NCBI GenBank assembly: GCA_964016885.1
Contig: OZ024741.1
Coordinates: 325,500,001 to 325,564,000 of the forward strand
Length of the DNA: 64,000 nt
Source: Eledone cirrhosa
Lineage: Eukaryota
Direction: 5' to 3'
Shown here piece by piece: positions 59,292 through 64,000 of this stretch. The notes beneath the pieces are model-generated. The model made no database searches, was not told the origin of the DNA, and saw nothing but the letters and a program-made list of their open reading frames with translations. Numbering within the stretch: the first letter of the stretch is position 1; the number at the start of each line of letters is the position of its first letter. Made by a program: the position numbers and the translations under genes.

Positions 59292-60371
59292 GGCAGAATT
59301 CTAGGAGAAGGAAAACTCTGATATAACACCTGCAACCCTGATGGTATCCAATGATGTTGACTTGTTCTTCTTTTTGGTAAATATCATCTTGGTTAAGAGA
59401 GTGGGACTGGCTTTGTGCAGTGCCTTTGCTCACTATAAAAGCTTCACGGCACAGGCATTGCTTTATATCTGGAGATCTCTCTGCACTTGTCGTCACATGG
59501 TACCATGGGCCTAGCACTATGTGTCAATAATTGTCACAAGTGTAGTGTTTGTACCAGAGTTTTCAAGTCACTGGCTGGACTAAAAAGTCACACTCGTTTA
59601 GCGCATCAGTAGGGGTTCTCCTACATGGATATAAAGTAGTGGCCGTACTCGAAAACGAGTTGGCAGCCACCATGTATGTATGTATGTATGTATGTATGTA
59701 TGTATGTATGTATGTATGTATGTATGTATGTATGTATGTATGTATGTGTGTATGTGTGTATGTGTGTATGTATGTATGTATGTATGTATGTATGTATGTA
59801 GCTACTGGTAACATGTAACCCAGTACAACCTGTCACATAGTCGGTTCGTCGACGACTAAACCGGCAACCACCACCAAGTTTATTTGGCGAGGAGGGTGAT
59901 TTTGGATATCCTGCAAGTCAAAAAACAAAACCTGACAAAGGGCAGAAGAACTCATAAGAGTCAACGGCCATTCAAAAATGTGTAAATATGTATATACCTA
60001 TATGTATGTGTATATAGGTATATGCAAGTATACATATGTATATATAAACGCGGGGACATAGAAATAATCGGGCTGGATACCCAATCGCGCGGTTAAACCA
60101 TTGTCAGGGCATTCTTCTAGGAGAAGGCAAGTCAGGAAATTGGGTTAACTTGGACATAAAACCTGCAGCTCAGCTACCGATGATGTTGATCTTTTCTTCT
60201 TTTCGGGTTATAGCTACTGTCGCTCAGAGAGTGGGATTGGCTCAGTGCACAGTCTTTCCTCACTTTAAACAGAATCTTCATGCACAGGCATTGCACGATG
60301 GCATTAATTAATAATCATTAATAATGTTATATCGTGCGATAGCCATACTCGATAACGAGGGGGCAGCCATC
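59292..60371 (+). mobile_element. Cluster of RTE-derived non-autonomous element pieces (59292-59672, 59801-59978, 60112-60371)
   Basis: Near-identical to the reverse complement of 44-619; separated by (TGTA)n tails. Confidence 0.7.
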
Positions 60372-60707
60372 ATGTATATATGTATGTATGCATGTGTGTG
60401 TATATGTATGTGTGTATGCGTGTGTGCGCGCATGTATGTATGTACATATGTCTGTATATAGGTAAGTGTATGTATGCATGTATGTATGTACACATACACT
60501 TACACAAAAACACAATATGCATCTGTAGAAATTTCTATATTAAACATGATGTTTACACAATATTAATGAATTGAGTACCTTACTAACTATGGCTACGTCC
60601 GGTTGAACCCGGACTCTGTCGTTCTCTCTCTCGCAAATACACATACACATATACATATATATATCTATATATATAAGTTTGAGCAACTTCCGTTTGTCTG
60701 TCCGTTA

Positions 60708-60992
60708 CACACTAGAGATGACCGAGGAAGGAAGGGGTGATGACGTCACACACTAGAAATGATTGAGGAAGGAAGGGGCGATAACATCACGCAATAGAGA
60801 TAACTGAGTAAAGAAGAGGTTATGACGTCACGCACTAGAGATGATTGCGAAAGGAAGCAGTGCAGATGATGACGTCACGCACCAGAGATAATTACGGAAG
60901 GAAGGGGTGATGAAATCACGCACCAGAGATGACTGAGGAAGGAAGGAGTGATGACGTCACGCTCTAGAGATGACTGATGAAGGAAGAGGTGG
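60708..60992. repeat. ~40-bp minisatellite, 7 units, inside a possible non-autonomous Helitron (60664-61200)
   Basis: Unit cactagagatgactgaggaaggaaggggtgatgacgtcacg; the region starts tctatatatataag and ends ttctag. Confidence 0.75.
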
Positions 60993-61198
60993 TGTTCAGA
61001 AATTAACGTCTAACATCGCTACGCTTGTGTGTGAGTGATGTGTATGTGTGTGTTTTTGTAAAAGTATATTTGTGTGTTTGTGTGAATGTATGTGTATTTG
61101 TGTGAATGTATGTTTGTGAGTGAGTATTTTTTGTGTGTCTGTGTTTCCACGTTTATAAGAATATTCTCATATACGTCAGCGTGTTGAATAATATTCTA

Positions 61199-61266
<68 letters not shown>

Positions 61267-61545
61267 TAAATCATGTCTTTAGAATTATTAGATAAAATAT
61301 ATACCATTTCCTCTCCCAATCAGCATAATTAATCCATATAAAAAATTAATTAGACCAAGCTATAAGAATAAAGGCTCTTATGAAGAAATCTCCGACAAAT
61401 AACCGAAAGTGGCCTCTTCGCGGTGGCCCCAATAGAGTATTATCCAACATTTCGACAGCATGTAGAAACTGACTAAATATACCATCAACCATACACAATT
61501 AGGTGTAAATTCGAACTTAGAAGAAATGTGTACATACCGTAATTA

Positions 61546-61625
61546 TATCTCTACCATGGTTTCATCCGTATTTTTAGACATCCAATTAATAGGAACTGCC
61601 CAGAGTTCGGATTCATCAGGAGACA
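61546..61625 (-). ncRNA. Type I hammerhead, inverted arm copy
   Basis: Reverse complement of 62284-62363. Confidence 0.88.
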
Positions 61626-62283
61626 AACTCAAAATTAGACACTTAGTTTTCCAAAGTGATCGCGCAAAAATTAGATTCAAAAATGGCTAAGAACCGCAAT
61701 CTGGCAGTGGTCAAGTTAGAAATAATGTGATTGGTTGCTTACGGCGGGTAGGCTTGTTGCTAGAAAGCGCAGCCAAATATCGCCAAATTATATCTCAACC
61801 TAACGGGAGATTATTAAATATAAAGGTTTACATATACATAAAGTTATAGATATATGTTGCAACCGGTCACTTTGTGGCTCTATGAAGAATTAATAAATTA
61901 AATAATTGATTTTTTATATGGTTAATTATGCTGATTGGGAGAGGAAATGGTATATATTTTACCTAATAATTCTAAAGACATGATTTATGATATATTGCTC
62001 TGATTATTTAATTTATTAATTCTTCATAGAGCGACAAAGTGACCGGTTGCAACATATATCTATAACTTTATGTATATGTAAACCTTTATATTTAATAATC
62101 TCCCGTTAGGTTAAGATACAATTTGGCGATATTTGGCTGCGCTTTCTAGCAACAAGCCTACCCGCCGTAAGCAACCAATCACATTATTTCTAACTTGACC
62201 ACTGCCAGATTGCGGTTCTTAGCCAGTTTTGAATCTAATTTTGGCGCGATCACTTTGGAAAACTAAGTGTCTAATTTTGAGTT

Positions 62284-62363
62284 TGTCTCCTGATGAATCC
62301 GAACTCTGGGCAGTTCCTATTAATTGGATGTCTAAAAATACGGATGAAACCATGGTAGAGATA
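62284..62363 (+). ncRNA. Type I hammerhead
   Basis: tgtctc-CTGATGA-atccg-[39 nt]-cggat-GAAAC-catg-GTA-gagata. Confidence 0.9.
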
Positions 62364-62939
62364 TAATTACGGTATGTACACATTTCTTCTAAGTTTGAAT
62401 TTACACCTAATTGTGTATGGTTGATGGTATATTTAGTCAGTTTCTACATGCTGTCGAAATGTTGGATAAATACTCTATTGGAGCCACCGCGAAGAGGCCA
62501 CTTTCGGTTATTTGTCGGAGATTTCTTCATAAGAGCCTTTATTCTTATAGCTTGGTCTAATTGATTTTTTTATGGTTCATTATGCTGATTGGGAGAGGAA
62601 ATGGTATATATTTTATCTAATAATTCTAAAGACATGATTTCTGATATATTGCTCTGATTATTTAATTTATTAATTCTTCATAGGGCCACAAAGTGACCGG
62701 TTGCAACATATATACCTATAACTTTATGTATATGTAAACCTTTATATTTAATAATCTCCCGTTAGGTTGAGATATCATTTGGCGATATTTGGCTGCGCTT
62801 TCTAGCAACAAGCCTACCCGCCGTAAGCAACCAATCACATTATTTCTAACTTGACCACTGCCAGATTACGGTTCTTAGCCATTTTTGAATCTAATTTTGG
62901 CGCGATCACTTTGGAAAACTAAGTGTCTAATTTTGAGTT

Positions 62940-63019
62940 TGTCTCCTGATGAATCCGAACTCTGGGCAGTTCCTATTAATTGGATGTCTAAAAATACGGA
63001 TGAAACCATGGTAGAGATA
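62940..63019 (+). ncRNA. Type I hammerhead
   Basis: Same motif 656 nt downstream. Confidence 0.9.
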
Positions 63020-63479
63020 TAATTACGGTATGTACACATTTCTTCTAAGTTTAAATTTACACCTAGTTGTGTATGGTTGATGGTATATTTAGTCAGTTTC
63101 TACATGCTATCGAAATGTTGGATAAATACTCTATTGGGGCCACCGCGAAGAGGCCACTTTCCGTTATTTGTCGGAGATTTCTTCATAAGAGCCTTTATTC
63201 TTATAGCTTGGTCTAATTGATTTTTTATATGGATTAATTGTGCTGATTGGGAGAGGAAATGGTATATATTTTACCTAATAATTCTAAAGACATGATTTAT
63301 GATATATTGCTCTAATTATTTAATTTATTAATTCTTCATAGAGCCACAAAGTGACCGGTTGCAACATATATATCTATAACTTTATGTATATGTAAACCTT
63401 TATATATATATATATATATATATATAAATTTCGCTCTACATGGCTGAATACAAGAAATGTAATCTGAGTTTTTCGAATA

Positions 63480-64000
63480 TCTATATATATAAAACTGAGG
63501 ATGTCTGTCTGTGTGTGTGTGTGAGTTTGAATCCCTAAAACTAGAGAAGCACTCAACTGACTGTTTTCAAACTTTACACATGTAACACTTATGTTTCAGC
63601 GAGTGTTATGAGCAAAAGAATCTCAAATGTTCAATGCCCTAGGGATCGCATTAGGCGATTTAGCGATCTCTCCCTATAATTCTTAGTCTTTCTCTTTTTA
63701 GATAGGTACATACATATAACGTCACGCCCTTATAATATCCGTCTCTATGTCTGGCTGTCTGCATTACGCCACTTCCCACAATTCCATATGCGTCCAGGAC
63801 GCACCCTTATAATATCTGTCTGTATGTCTGGCTGTCTGCTTCCTCCGGTTATTCTGCCACTCTTGCTCAAGTCAAATCTCACACTCATTCCCCAAACAGT
63901 TGCTAAGTGCACACAACTTTTACCTCACGTTTTAAGCCACAGTGTTGCTTACTTACATAACACCAGACCCTTACTTCTTTGCCAGCCGTGGTTGTGGCAA
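63480..64000 (+). mobile_element. 5' part of a Helitron-like element related to 14525-15261
   Basis: tctatatatataaaactgaggatgtctgtctg..., ttttcaaactttaca, gagtgttatg and ccctaggg are shared. Confidence 0.5.

Larger units (their letters stand above)
61264..63402 (+). mobile_element. Retrozyme-like array: 656-nt monomer x2.3 preceded by about one inverted monomer
   Basis: tgctgattgggagagg at 61929, 62583 and 63241; 61264-61903 is inverted; no ORF; (TA)n on both sides. Confidence 0.88.

Overview
Eukaryotic, AT-rich, microsatellite-saturated intergenic or intronic DNA with no recognisable host protein-coding gene. The SINE and microsatellite complement suggests a cephalopod such as Octopus (inference). 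Nearly all ORF-track entries are microsatellite artefacts. The real coding remnants are all retroelements: Tx1/L1-clade LINE pieces, an RTE LINE ending in three C2H2 fingers, R4-like and CRE-like fragments, and several Penelope-like elements (PLE; RT and GIY-YIG). The main signal is non-coding. I can read about 26 type-I hammerhead ribozyme (HHR) motifs by eye, roughly two thirds with intact cores, from more than a dozen sequence families. They lie in PLE UTRs, in fold-back inserts whose arms point away from each other, and in ORF-less tandem monomers of about 438, 467 and 656 nt (retrozyme/circular-RNA-like), almost all inserted in (TA)n tracts. Two further homologous monomers (558 and 492 nt) share this architecture and show strongly covarying stems but no hammerhead; they are candidates for an uncharacterised structured or self-cleaving RNA. 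All folds were derived by hand and coordinates may be off by a few bases.
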